Shown: positions 52,633 to 64,000 of the stretch, piece after piece
Position numbering within the stretch: the stretch's first letter is position 1
Layout of the letters: each line of letters begins with the position of its first letter
Source: Parvularia atlantis
Lineage: Eukaryota
Assembly: GCA_943704415.1 (NCBI GenBank)
Contig: CALSCO010001760.1
Location: 1-64,000 of the forward strand
Length of the DNA stretch: 64,000 bases
Direction: 5' to 3'
Notes under the pieces: generated by a model
What the model was told of the DNA's origin: nothing
Seen by the model: only the letters and a program-made list of their open reading frames with translations
The model's database searches: none
Program-made: the position numbers and the translations under genes

Positions 52633-54217
52633 TCACGTCTGCGCCTCGCACAGGAAGCGCAGGAGCATGGCAAGGCGCGTGTAGAACATCTGCTGGCAGT
52701 AGTGGATGGAATCGACTGGTCGCGTGCCCCACGGCGCGCCGACCGAAGGCGCCGACACATCGAGCAGCGCGATGCGCTTGTACTTGCGCGAGGCGAAGAG
52801 GTCCCGCACCACCAGGTTGATCGCCGCCACGCGCGTGGACGTCAACCGGACCTTGTCGAGGATGCTCGGCTTGTGCATGACGTGTAGCGCCGCCGCCGTC
52901 GCAAACACCGCGCGCGGGAAGGTCGAGCGGGCCTCGATCTGGTCTAGCAACGACTGCAGCTGCGTTGCGCGCGCACGCGCCGCGTCAGCGCACGGTGGAC
53001 ACGAGCACAGCCAGGCCCACCTGCACCCGGAAGCGCGGCAGCGTCGACTGGTCCTTCAGGTTCCACAGCCCCGACGAGAGCACAAGCACGGGCGTCGCGC
53101 GCAAATCAATCAGGCTTTCCCAGGGCCGCATGGTCACGTTCAGGTACAGCTGCAGGTCGGCCTCGCTCTGCAGCTGGTAGACACGATGAAAGTGCACGGC
53201 CGGCAGCGTCTCCGGCAGCGGGCGCGACGAGCACGCGTCGTTCCCTTGCAAGCGCGTAAAGTTTGTCAGTGTGGTCAGCTGCCCAGTCACCGAGTCGCCG
53301 ACGTTGTAGAGCTCGAAGCGCTGGCGACACTGGGGCCACGGGCGATCCACAGGACCGAGCAGCTTCGAGCTGAGCGGCTCGGCCCACACCCACGACTGGT
53401 CGGGGAACTGAACGCTGCTCAAGGGTGGATGGGAGAGCAGACCAAACGGTCGACCGTCGCACTTGCTAAAAGTCTTGCTCGGAATGCACTTGAGTGCCAG
53501 CGGGAAACGCGGCCCTGGGTGCCACCAGCCCCACGGCAGCTCCAGGTCTGCCGCGGGCGACGGCGGCGCGACCGCTGGCAGGACCAGAAGCACGGGATTG
53601 TCACGCCCGTGCGCAATCTCGTCGCGGAGCGTGGGCTGGTTTGGGCCGGGCTGGAGCGAGACCGTCGCGTTGTCGTACTCGAGCACAAAGATCATGTGAT
53701 GCGCCGCGTCCGCTGCTGCCATGTCGCCAGGGCCACCACCGCGAGTGCTCGTCGCAGCAGCAGCTTGAGGCGCCCGCCGCACGCCGAGCACGCACGGCCG
53801 CCCCTGTGCCGCGTCCCACCAAACCGGCATTGCCGCAAACACGTCCGGCCCGGCCAGGTACGCCCGCACGACGCTCTCGCTCGTCAGCACGGTCGGCGCG
53901 CTGCTGTTCCTGTGCCACCGCTCACCACGCTCAACGCAGAGCACGGCGGGCGGCCACGCTTGCCGCTCCTGCAGCACGCGCCACGCGCATCCGCCGTCCG
54001 CATTGCACGCGACGTCCCAGCGCTGCAGGGCCGCCGTGCCATTGTGTAAGTCCGAATCCGTGTCGTTGTTGGTCACGGCCATCGCCGTGTCGAGCAGGAC
54101 CGTGACATCCAGGACGTGTTCGCGCATCCGCATCAGCCCGCCCGCCAGCAGCAGCACCAGCACGAGCAGCGCGCCGCCGGCCGCCGCCCACGTGCGCATC
54201 GGCCAGGAGGATGCCAT
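52633..54217 (-). CDS. Type II membrane protein with SGNH/PC-esterase-like domain
   Basis: N-terminal anchor; VGDSV, VLSSGLWNL and DSIHY (DxxH) motifs; one intron. Confidence 0.7.
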
Positions 54218-54262
54218 GCCACGGTCTTACCGATTCAAGTTCAACTCCATTACTACGTATCA

Positions 54263-55206
54263 ATGGGTTCGATGACGCTCTTGTGTGACAGCGACGCCGA
54301 GCTCACGGTCGAGGCCGTCGACGCCGACGAGGCCGCGGTGCTGCACGCCGAGGTGTTTGGCCGCGGCGTGTACGACGCGCTGATCGATGGCGTGGACGCG
54401 GATGCGCGCGACGACGACCCGGACGCACCGCCGCGCCTCGTCGTCGACGTCGGCGCCAACATCGGCCTGTTTGCCCTGCGCTGCGCGACGCGGCTGCGCG
54501 AGCGCCGTGTGCGCGCCGCGGTCCTGGCGGTGCGACGGGCCGCAGTGGGTGCCGTAGATGCGCAGCTGACGGGCCCGCGGACGCGCAGATCGAGCCCGTG
54601 CCGGCCAACGCTGCCGCGCTGCGGCGCAACGTCGACGCCAACGGCTTCGCGCTGCCACGCGCCGACGGGCCGCACATCGTGCCGCTGCAGTGCGCCCTGG
54701 GCGAGCTCGGCGCGCCGCCGACCGCGCGCTTCACGGTCTTCGCGCGCCTGCCCGGCGAGTCAACGCGGCACCCACAGCACAAGCGCGCGCAGCACCGGCT
54801 CGTATACGGCGCCGCCGCCGCCGCGCGCTTCGACAGCACAGAGATCGAGTGCCCCGTTCGCGCTCTCAGCGCCCTGCTCGCGCGCATGCCCGGCGTGGGC
54901 GATGTGCACGCGCTCAAGATCGACTGCGAGGGCGACGAGCTGGCCGTGCTGCGCGGCGTCAGCCCCGACGACTGGCCGCGCGTGCGCCAGGTCTTGGTCG
55001 AGGTCGAGGACTACCCGCAGCCGACGCTCGACGCCGTCATGCACCTGCTGCGACACACGGCTGGCTTCGACGACGTGCGCGTGCAGCACCAGGCGACCGA
55101 AACGCTGTCCGAGGCCGCGCGCGCCGGTGACGACGACCTCGTCGTGTGCGTGCCCGCCGCCCTGCGTCTCTTCCACGTGTGGGCACGACGTCGTACAGAC
55201 AGCTGA
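54263..55206 (+). CDS. FkbM-family SAM methyltransferase
   Basis: VVDVGANIGLF, AIEPVP, LKIDCEGDELAVLRG, WPRVRQVLVEV; one intron. Confidence 0.9.
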
Positions 55207-55323
55207 CAGAGGGTGAGTCAGGGGGTGGACAGGTCTTGGGCGGGGAGCAGATGCCGGGGAAGGCGGCAATGACTGGGGGGAGGGGGGCGGAGACAGAGGC
55301 GCGCGACGCGGCAGTCGGCGCCG

Positions 55324-58300
55324 TTACGCGCAGCGGCCGTTGACATTGATCGGGATGCCGCAGTAGAAGAAGCTGCGGGCGCACGGCGCGCGGGATCAGC
55401 ACGCGCACAGTCGGGCGCCAGGCAACGCACTTGACCGTGGCGCTGTAGCCGCCGCCAATGGTGACCCAGAGCGTCGAGGGGTTGTCGCGCGGGATGTTGA
55501 CATAGAACGTGCGGCTGTTGATGTAAAAGTCCCAGGCGTTGCCCAGCGAGCCTTGGAACTCGACCCTGAGCGACGACGTGCAGCCGTACGCCGGGTACGC
55601 CGCAATGTTGGCCGTGACGCCGGCCTGGTTGACGTAGCCCAGGTTGCTCATGCCAGGGCACGGGTACGGGTTGTTGGCACCGGGGTTGCTCGAGCGCCAC
55701 TGCAGCGCCGGCATCCTGGTCTGAGTCACACTCAGCGTTGTCGCCAGCGGGTTGTACACGGCCGCGTTGACGTAGATCGTGATGCCTCCAAGGCAAAACC
55801 ACGAGCACGAGAAGCTGCTGAAATAGATCTGGTCGCGTGGTCGTCAGTCTGCAGCCACCGTGCACGTGCGCGCGCAGCATACCCGGGGCACGACCAGGAA
55901 GCCCGGCAGCTGCGAGTTGAGGCCGTTGATGGTGGCGTAGATTGTCACACTCTGCAGCGCCGTCTGCAGCGCCGAGTACGGGTTTGGCGTCTGCGGCACG
56001 GTTGCCACGGTCGAGCCACGCAGGTACACGCCCGTGGCCTGGCCTGCGAGCGCGCCCGGCCGGTCAGCGTCCAGCGCACGCCGCCGCGGGCGCTCACGCA
56101 CTGTTGATCCAGGCCGAGAGCAGCGCGCTGACGTCGCCATTGTTCTGAAGAACGCCCGTCGCGCCCACTGTCGCGCCCGTCGTCGGCAAGAAGATGCCCG
56201 AGTTCTGCTGCGTGTAGCCCAGGTAGCCGTTGCTGCTCTGACGGCGCAGGTCGAGGAAGAACAAGCCCAGGGTGGCCTGGAGCGAGGGGCTGCCGCCGAG
56301 GGTCATCGTCGTGCTGAACTGCAGCGTGTTGCCCGTGCCGCCGAGCACGTTGATCGCGCCGACAGTGATCTTGCCGTTGAAGTTGTTGTAGCCCGTGAGC
56401 GGGATCGCCGCCGTGAACGGCACGTTCGAGATCACGATCGTGTTTGTGCCAAAGCCGTAGGTCACGTCCGACACCCACTGGTTGCTGACGCGCTTGGTCG
56501 CCGTGTCGATGCGCACGTTCGCCTGGCCGTTGGCATACATCGTCACCGCCGTCTGCGACAGCACCAGCTGGATAAACGTGGCCAGGCTGACGGCGCCGGC
56601 GCGTCAGGCACGCGCAACAGAGGCCGGCTCTCACGCACTTGCTCTGGCTGGTCACTGTGAGCGCGCTGGCCAGACCGATCTGCACATTGTACTGCTGCAG
56701 GCCAGCCGAGCTGCACCGGCACCAACGTCAGTGGCACGCGCAAACCCCCCGAACCCGCGCGCAAGCGCGACGTACACGAGGGCCACAGGGATGTTGGTCA
56801 GGACGACGTAGCCGATCTGCTTGGCCGTGGTGTACGTGTTGTCGACGTAGAAGTTGAGCGTGAGCGACGTGACGAGCTGAATCTACGTGACGGAAGCGCG
56901 CGCGCTCGCGTGAGCCCGCGCGTGCACGTGTCAAGACGCAGTGACACGCACGTTGATGCCAAACGTGAACGGGTTGGTGAACGTGAGCTGCACTGTGCCG
57001 CCCAGCTTGGGCGAGTTCGGATTGCTCAGGTCGACCGACAGCGGCACGCCCGGCGCGAGTGCCACGGCGCTGACGAGCTGCAGGCCCTGGGGCGCAATCA
57101 CCTGGCCCTGCGGCGCCAGCTGGTTGCAAACGGACGAGAGCCACGCCGGCACCGAGCCGGACGTGCCCGACGGCACTGACGAGGCGATGGTCATGGTCAC
57201 GGTCAGCTGCGACGTTAGGCCGCTGAGGTAGTTGGTGAAGAACGTGCCGGCGACGGCGTAGGCGTCCGAGGCGGGCACGACGGCGCCGCTGGCAGAGAAG
57301 ACGTTGTTGCCGGGCGCGAAGGTGAAGGGCGTGACCTTGGCGTAGCCCATGTACTTGCCCTGGTAGTACATCGAGAACGTGAGGTCGCCCATGTTGAGCG
57401 TCGCGATCGACGGGTTGGACAGCGACGCCCCCACGATCAGCGAGACACCGCCCAGGCTGGGCAGGTTGGCGGGCAGCTGCACCGACGTGATCGAGATGGT
57501 CGGCAAGCCGCCGATGCCTGGCGAGCGCGCGCACATCAAACATGTCAGACGAGGGCATACGGTGCAGCCGTGATGATGCGGACGCGTACCCGTCAGCTGC
57601 GACACGACCGAGATCGAGTTGATAGTGAGCGAGATCGTGCCCACGCTCGTCGTCACGCTCACGGTCGCCGAGCCCGACAGGCGCAGCGAGAGCTGGCTCA
57701 GGTTGACAAACTTGACCATGAACGAGCTGAAGGCCGAGCCGTCGCCCTCGAGCGTGATCGTGCCGGGCATGGTCACGACGATCGCCGTCGAGGACGACGA
57801 CGTGGTCGGTGCAGGTGTCAACACGGCGTAGCTGTGCAAGGCGCGCGCGTATCGCGCTGCGTGAGCGCGCTGCTCGCGCCACGGGCGCAGCGGCCACGCA
57901 CGTGCCGAGCAGGGCGTTGTTCGAGTTGTCGTACGTCTGCGCGTTGAGCATGACCGTGTTGGTGATCAGCTTGCCGTTGGGGCCAAGCGGCGACGTGATG
58001 GCGATGGTCGCGCCGGCCGTGAAGCCGACTTGCGACTGCGACTGCCAGTTGGGGATGAGCGTGAGCGACTGGAACGTCACGCCCGTAACGAGCGCTGTGG
58101 TCGAGCCAGGCAGCGACGTCGACATCGTCAGCCCCTGCAGGCTGCAGCGGCGCGTGTGTCAGCCTTCTCCCAGCCGCGCTGGCAGAAGCACGCGCACCCG
58201 GTCGAGATGTACGCGTAGCTGCTCGACGACGCCGGCACAACCGCCTGCACGTCCACCGCGATGCCGTTGACGTAGTTGTTGAACAGGCTGGTCGTCGCCA

Positions 58301-61300
58301 CGAGGTTGGTGTCGTCGATGGGCGCGATCGAGCCCGTGAGCGTGAGTGTCGTTGTGCCTGCGTCGCGGCAGCCGGCAGCGGGTCAGCACGAGGGACGCGT
58401 GCGCCTGGCGCGTGCCGCCGCACCGGGCGTGATTACGCCGTTGGACGCAGACGTGAACGTGCCCATGTTGACCGACTGGTAGACTGCGCGTCCGCCGCGT
58501 CAGCACGGCCCTCGCTGGAAGCACGAACGCACAGATGTTGAACTGGACGGGGCCGGGCGCGAACGTGACAATGCCGTTGGTCGGGAACTGCACCGTGACC
58601 GAGCCAAGGATCTGCGACTGCGTCGACGAGGCCAGGCTGAAGCTCGTCACCGTCACGTCCGTGATGCCGTTGAGGGCTGCGGATTGCGGGAGCGTGAGCG
58701 CGCTGCTGCGAGTGCCCGGCCGCCACGCACCCGCCAGCGATGACGTCTCATTCACGGCGACGCCGCTGAGCGTGATCGGGCCGATCGAGGGAACGCTGAG
58801 CAGCACGTTGGCCGTGCCGGTGACGCCGAGCGTGACCGAGGGGTTGTTGGTGAACTGCTGGATCACCGTGCCAAACACGCTCTGGTCTGTCACCTGCAGC
58901 GTGCCCGTGAGGGTCGCGCGCACAAACGTGTTGCTGCACCGAGCCGTCAGCAGCAGCGACAGCCGCCAGGGACGAGCGCACACCTGGACGACTGGATTGT
59001 GGCGGTCGGCGACATGGTGCCAAAGGCGCGGCCGAGGTTATCGCGCAGCGTGATGGTCGACACGAGGCCCGTCGTTGTGATCTCGGCTTCGCCGAGGGGC
59101 GAATCGATCAGAATCTCGACTGTGCGCGCATCCTGTCAGCACCACCCACGGCAACGGCAAGGGCGCTGCGCACCCGAGGCGGTCGTGACGACGGTGTCGG
59201 GGCCGGTCGCCGTCATCGACAGCGAGAAGAAGTTGAAGCCGGTGATCAGGTCGATCGCGTTGCCGTTGAGCGTCGCCGACATCTCCAGGCCGGCGATCGA
59301 CTCGTTAATGAGCGGGTTGGCAGACGCGGGCACGTGCGTGGACGCCTTGGCAACGACCGTCGTGAGCTGTGAGCGCACGTGCGGGCCGGTGAGCGCGACG
59401 CTTCGCGCGCCCAACGCCCAGCGCGACGCACAACGCCCGTGATGTAGTCGGTGAACAGCTGGTTGGCCACCGATGCCGCCTCGGGAACGATCACGCCTGC
59501 GCACGCACGCGCCGCGCGCGTGAGCATAAGATGTCGGCACACCAACGATGACGGCGAGAGCGCACCGAGCATGTTGACGTGGTTCACGTTCAGGCCCGGG
59601 ATGATGTTGAGCTCGTTCGTCGTCGTGGCGTAGCCGATGTACGTGTCGTCGTAGTAGATGTCGAACGTGAGAATGCCGAGGTTGATGGAGACGATGGTCG
59701 GGTTGGGCACGACCGCCGAAATGTTGAAGCGCAGGGTTTCGCCCGACGAGTCCGACAGGTCAAAGAACGAGATGACGACGCCGGGGATCTTGTTGAGCGC
59801 TGCGTCGTCGGCGGCGGCGCGCGTGTGAGCCCCTCTGTCTTCGAGATCAGGCGCAAGCACAAGGCGGGGACGCACCGCGCAGGGTCGACTGCGTGTTGAT
59901 GGTGAAATTGGTCAGCTCGGTCAACCCGATCGGCGTCTTAAAGGTCACGTCCGACACGCCTGCGAGGCCCACCGTCGCCGTGGGGCTGGTGATGAAGTTC
60001 TGGATAAACTGCGGGAACGCCGGCGTCTGCGGGATTGTGGCCGTGCCCGTGATGACGACCGAGAGCGACTCGCTCGTAGTCTCGTAGATGACGACGTCGA
60101 CGGGGATGACGGCGCTGCCGATGACTGTGTCGGACGTGTCGAGCAGGTTGAGGCTGCTCAGCACAAGCTCCGTCACGTTCAGCAGCGAGTCGGGGCCTGT
60201 GAGCCGTGTCAGACGGCGCAGCGGCGACCCTGCGCAGCGATGGGTGCACGCACCGAGCGGCGAGTTGAGCGTGATGACCGCATCGGCGACGAGGCCGGCG
60301 GTGTAGTCGGGGAACGGGTCGAGGAAGAGGCTCTTGAACTCGATGCCGGCAATGAGGTTCTCGGTGCTCGGCGCGACCTGCGTGCTCAGCTCGAGGCCCG
60401 TCAGGCCGAGGTTGATGATCGGGTTGCTCGAGGCCTGCTCCGCCGCAACGGCCTGCACGTCCGACGTCACGCCCGTGACGTAGTTGCTCAGGAGGATGTT
60501 GGCCGTATCCAGGGCGTCGGTATCAGGCGCGATGACGCCGGTCATGGCCAGGTCGTTGACACCCGGCTGCATCGTCACGTCGGTCGCGACAAGGGTGCCC
60601 ATCTTCTTGCCCTGGAACATGACGTCGAACGTGACGTCGCCGAGAGCCATCGAGACCGACGCCGGATTGATCACGCGCACGGTCGCGACCACGTTGATCG
60701 CCTCAATCGTCGACGTCGACAGGTCAAACTCGGTGATCGTCACGTCCTGCAGGCCGTTCATGCCTGCGTTGCGCGCGGGGTGGGTGAGCACCCTCACGGC
60801 GGTCTTCTCACAGCCTGCGCACCGTTCAGCGCGACGCTCGCTTGCAGCCCAATCGTCGATAGCGACAGGCTGCCGATGGGCAGCTGCGTGTCGGCCGACG
60901 CAACGCCGTCGATCAGCAGCGTCACGTTCTCGGCCTGGATAAAGTTCTGCACAAACACGCCAAAGCTGCGCTTGCCTGCGACCCGTCACGGTTCAGCTGT
61001 CCTGCCGGGCAAGAAAGCGCAGGCGACGCGACACGCACGGCTGGCGACGATGAGCGTGCCGTCGATCTGCGTCTCGTACATGTTTGCAGCGACCTCTGTC
61101 ACGAGGCTCTGCGGGGCCGTGAGCGTGCCCACGTCGTTGCCCTGGTCGTCGGTCAGCGTCGCGCTCGTGATGCCTGCTCAGGGTGAGCAACTCGTGTGGG
61201 TGCGTGCGCGCGTGCCGCGCGTGCACGCACCCATCATCTCGATGATGAGCGGCGCGTTGCCGAGCGGGTTGGTCACGGACACAAGCGTGTCGGCCGACAT

Positions 61301-61388
61301 GAACACCTCGTCAGGACCGCCCGAGATCGCGTCGAGCGTGATCGTCGAGAAGTCAAGCGCGTTGACTAGGGGCACGTCGTTCGGCGGG

Positions 61389-61433
<45 letters not shown>

Positions 61434-63968
61434 GCGAGGGCTGGCGTAAGCAGACGGCGGTCGGTGCCGTGCGGTCGGCCACGCACCGGCGCGCTCAGCC
61501 GGAAGCCCTCGAAGCCCGAGGCCAGCAGCGTGTTGGCGATCGCGTTCGGGCCGGCCACGCCGACAACGTCGCTCGTGATGCCGCCGAGGTAGTTGTCAAA
61601 CAGGAGCTGCATCGACGCGGCGTTGGCGTCGGTCACGTTGTCGAGCACGGCGCGGAAGTCGATCTGGTTGCTCGTTTGGAAAAATGTGACGTTATTTGCG
61701 TAGATGTAGCCGAGGCGCGTGCTGTTAAAGAACCTGCGCGGGCGGTATGAGGACGCGCATGCCGTGAGCGCTGAGGCGTGCGCACATGTCGACGACCATG
61801 TCGCCCACGGGCACGACCGCCACCGACGGGTTGAAGATCTGCATCACGACAAGGACGACGAGCTCCTCCGCGGTCGACTGGGTCAGGTCCACGCTCGTCA
61901 CGACCGAGTCCTTCAGGTTGTCCATGCCGAGCAGCGACGTCGAGACGAGGAGCGGGATGTCGGCGAGCGGGACGGCGCCAAACGGCCCGACGACCGCCGT
62001 GGCGTCGCTTGTGCCCTTGAGCGTCACGTTGACGCTGGGCGTGCGCATGAAGTTCTGCACGAAGCGCGTGAAGGCGCCTGGGTCGCCGCTCGAGACGTCG
62101 ACCGGAATGGTGAAGGCCAGCTGAATCGTGAGGATGAGGCCGGAGACTGCGAGGCGGACGGCGTCACGGGCCGCAGCGGCTCGAAACGCGCGGCGCAAGG
62201 CAAACACGCACCAGACCACCGCGTGACCGGCGTGCTCGGAACCTGCACCGTCAGCACGCGCTCGTTGCGGTCGTCGTACATGGCCACGTCGATGCTGACC
62301 TCGTCCACGCGAAGCGTCGCCTGCGAGCCGAGCGGGCTGGACGCGCGGTCAGCGCTCTTGCCAGTGGCGTGTGCGTGCGCGGCGCACTTCTTGATGTTGA
62401 TCGAGACCGTGCCGCTGAACTCGATCGCCGTCTCCGACACCGGGTCAAACTTGGCCGACAGGAAGGTGATGTCGCGGATGAGCACATCCGTCAGGCCAGG
62501 CACGGCGGCGATGAGGGACCAGGGCGCGAGGGCTGCGCGCGGCGCCGGCGTGTCAGCAGAGCAGCAAAGAGGGAGCCTGGCATCGCGCATCGCGCACCGG
62601 CCTGCAGCAGCGGCGAGTCGACGCCGTTCGGGGCCACGCGCGCCTGGACCGCCATGAAGTTGCCCGTGAGGTACACCTGGAACATCTCGAGCACGGTCTG
62701 CGGCAGCGGCACGGTCAATCATCAGCGCGACCCAAAAAAAAAAAAGTGTCGTAGCCGCACCGCCACGACGTCCGGATCGGCCGAGCCCGTGACAATGCTG
62801 CCGGCCATCTGCACCGTGCTGGGCCCGCGCGAGATGACGAGGTCGCCGACCGAGACGGCCGCGCCAACGTCGAGCTGGCGCTGCAGCGCAGACGACAGGT
62901 ACGACATCTGCGCCGCGGCAGGGTCAGCGCCGCCGCCTCGTGCGCACGCGGCGGGCGCACGATGAAGCTCGCCGGGCCAATGTTGAGCGCGATCGCCGAC
63001 GGGTTGAACACCGACGCCGTCAGGCGGAAGTTGATGCTCTCGTCCGTGCTCGTCGACAGGTCAAAGTTGGAGACGATGACGTTGCGCAGGCCGTTCATGC
63101 CTGTGCGTGCGCGGGGTCGCTGGCGATGAGAATCGCGCGATGGTGCCGCACAGTGGAGGGAAACAGCGCACCGGCCAGCTCGAGCGTGCGGTCGAGCGGG
63201 ATGTTGTTGAAGTTGAGGCCGCCGGACGACAGCACGGTCGAGCCCGACAGACGCATGACAAAGGTCTCGTTCAGAAGCACAGTCGAGCCAAACTCGACAA
63301 AGGCGTCCGTGTCGGTGATCTGCATCTCAACAGCGATGTCGAGCGGTTCCGTGCTGTACGCCTCAACGTAGACAGCAGGCATGCCGATGACGCCAAAGGC
63401 GTTCCGATTCTCGAGGCCAATGTTCATGTCGAACGGCTGGAGCGTGCCGCCAAACTGCGCCGCGTTGGCGACTGAGCCGACAACCTTGAGCTGGACCGTG
63501 TTGCCGTTGATGCTGAGGACGTCGAGCGTGGTCACGTTGAGGCCGGCGTTGGCGAAGGCGGCGGCGGCGATCTGGCCACCTGTGCGCGCGGCGCGCTGGC
63601 TTTGAGCGGGCGGGCACGGGGCGAGCACGGCGCGCACCGATGACGGGGATGAGCACGCCGACGATAATAGCGCCAATGATAATGGCAAGGATGATGAGGA
63701 TGATGATCAGCGTGCGGCGCGAGATGCGGCCGCCACAGTAGCGCGGCTCCTTGTTGTTCTGCGCATGCTCGGTGCGCGGTCAAAGATGCTGCGCGCGCGG
63801 GGGGAAAATATTCCAGCGCACCAGGTACAGGTCCACGACCTCGAGGCCGTCCAGGCCGTAGCCGCCAAAGCGACCGAGCAGGTCCAGGTTGCCGGCCGAC
63901 GCGCTCGGGTCCTCCGACACGGACACACCCGAACCGGCGAGCAGGTCCAGCTGCGCACGCGCGCGCAC
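55324..63968 (-). CDS. Giant membrane-anchored DUF3712/LEA2-like repeat protein (5' end may lie outside the window)
   Basis: TM LIIILIILAIIIGAIIVGVLIPVI, then repeated GMNGL..V.I..FDL..NPS..LG.LTF...PG.N...LF.NY.G units; ends VNFFYCGIPINVNGRCA*. Confidence 0.8.
61393..61431. repeat. (GT)n microsatellite abutting a minus-strand 3' splice site
   Basis: Minus strand reads (CA)nCAG|TTCCCG. Confidence 0.95.
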
Positions 63969-64000
63969 GACGACGAGCGGGTGAGCTGTGTGCAGAGCGA

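Overview
Very GC-rich, extremely gene-dense genome of a unicellular eukaryote, probably amorphean/opisthokont-like (USP20/33, DENN-RUN, talin-like F0/F1 and DUF3712 genes); the species cannot be assigned from sequence alone. About 30 protein-coding genes are split by many short (mostly ~45-85 nt) spliceosomal introns (GTGCG...CTGAC/CTCAC...GCAG, several GC-AG), so the six-frame ORF track fragments them. Gene ends below were reconstructed by eye across introns. Main result: four sterol-pathway genes lie within ~22 kb: NSDHL/ERG26, sterol C24-methyltransferase ERG6, CYP51 and squalene synthase. CYP51 and squalene synthase share a 152-bp bidirectional promoter with SRE-like and CCAAT motifs. NSDHL is head-to-head with an HSD17B12-family reductase. 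Other lipid genes sit nearby (thiolase-like, 3-hydroxybutyrate dehydrogenase, DGAT2-like). Other notable items: a RING-ARM protein built from 135-nt one-repeat exons, a talin-head/RhoGAP/SH3 fusion, a mucin-CUB-TM-SH3 receptor, an intron-poor SNF2 helicase and a giant DUF3712-like repeat protein.
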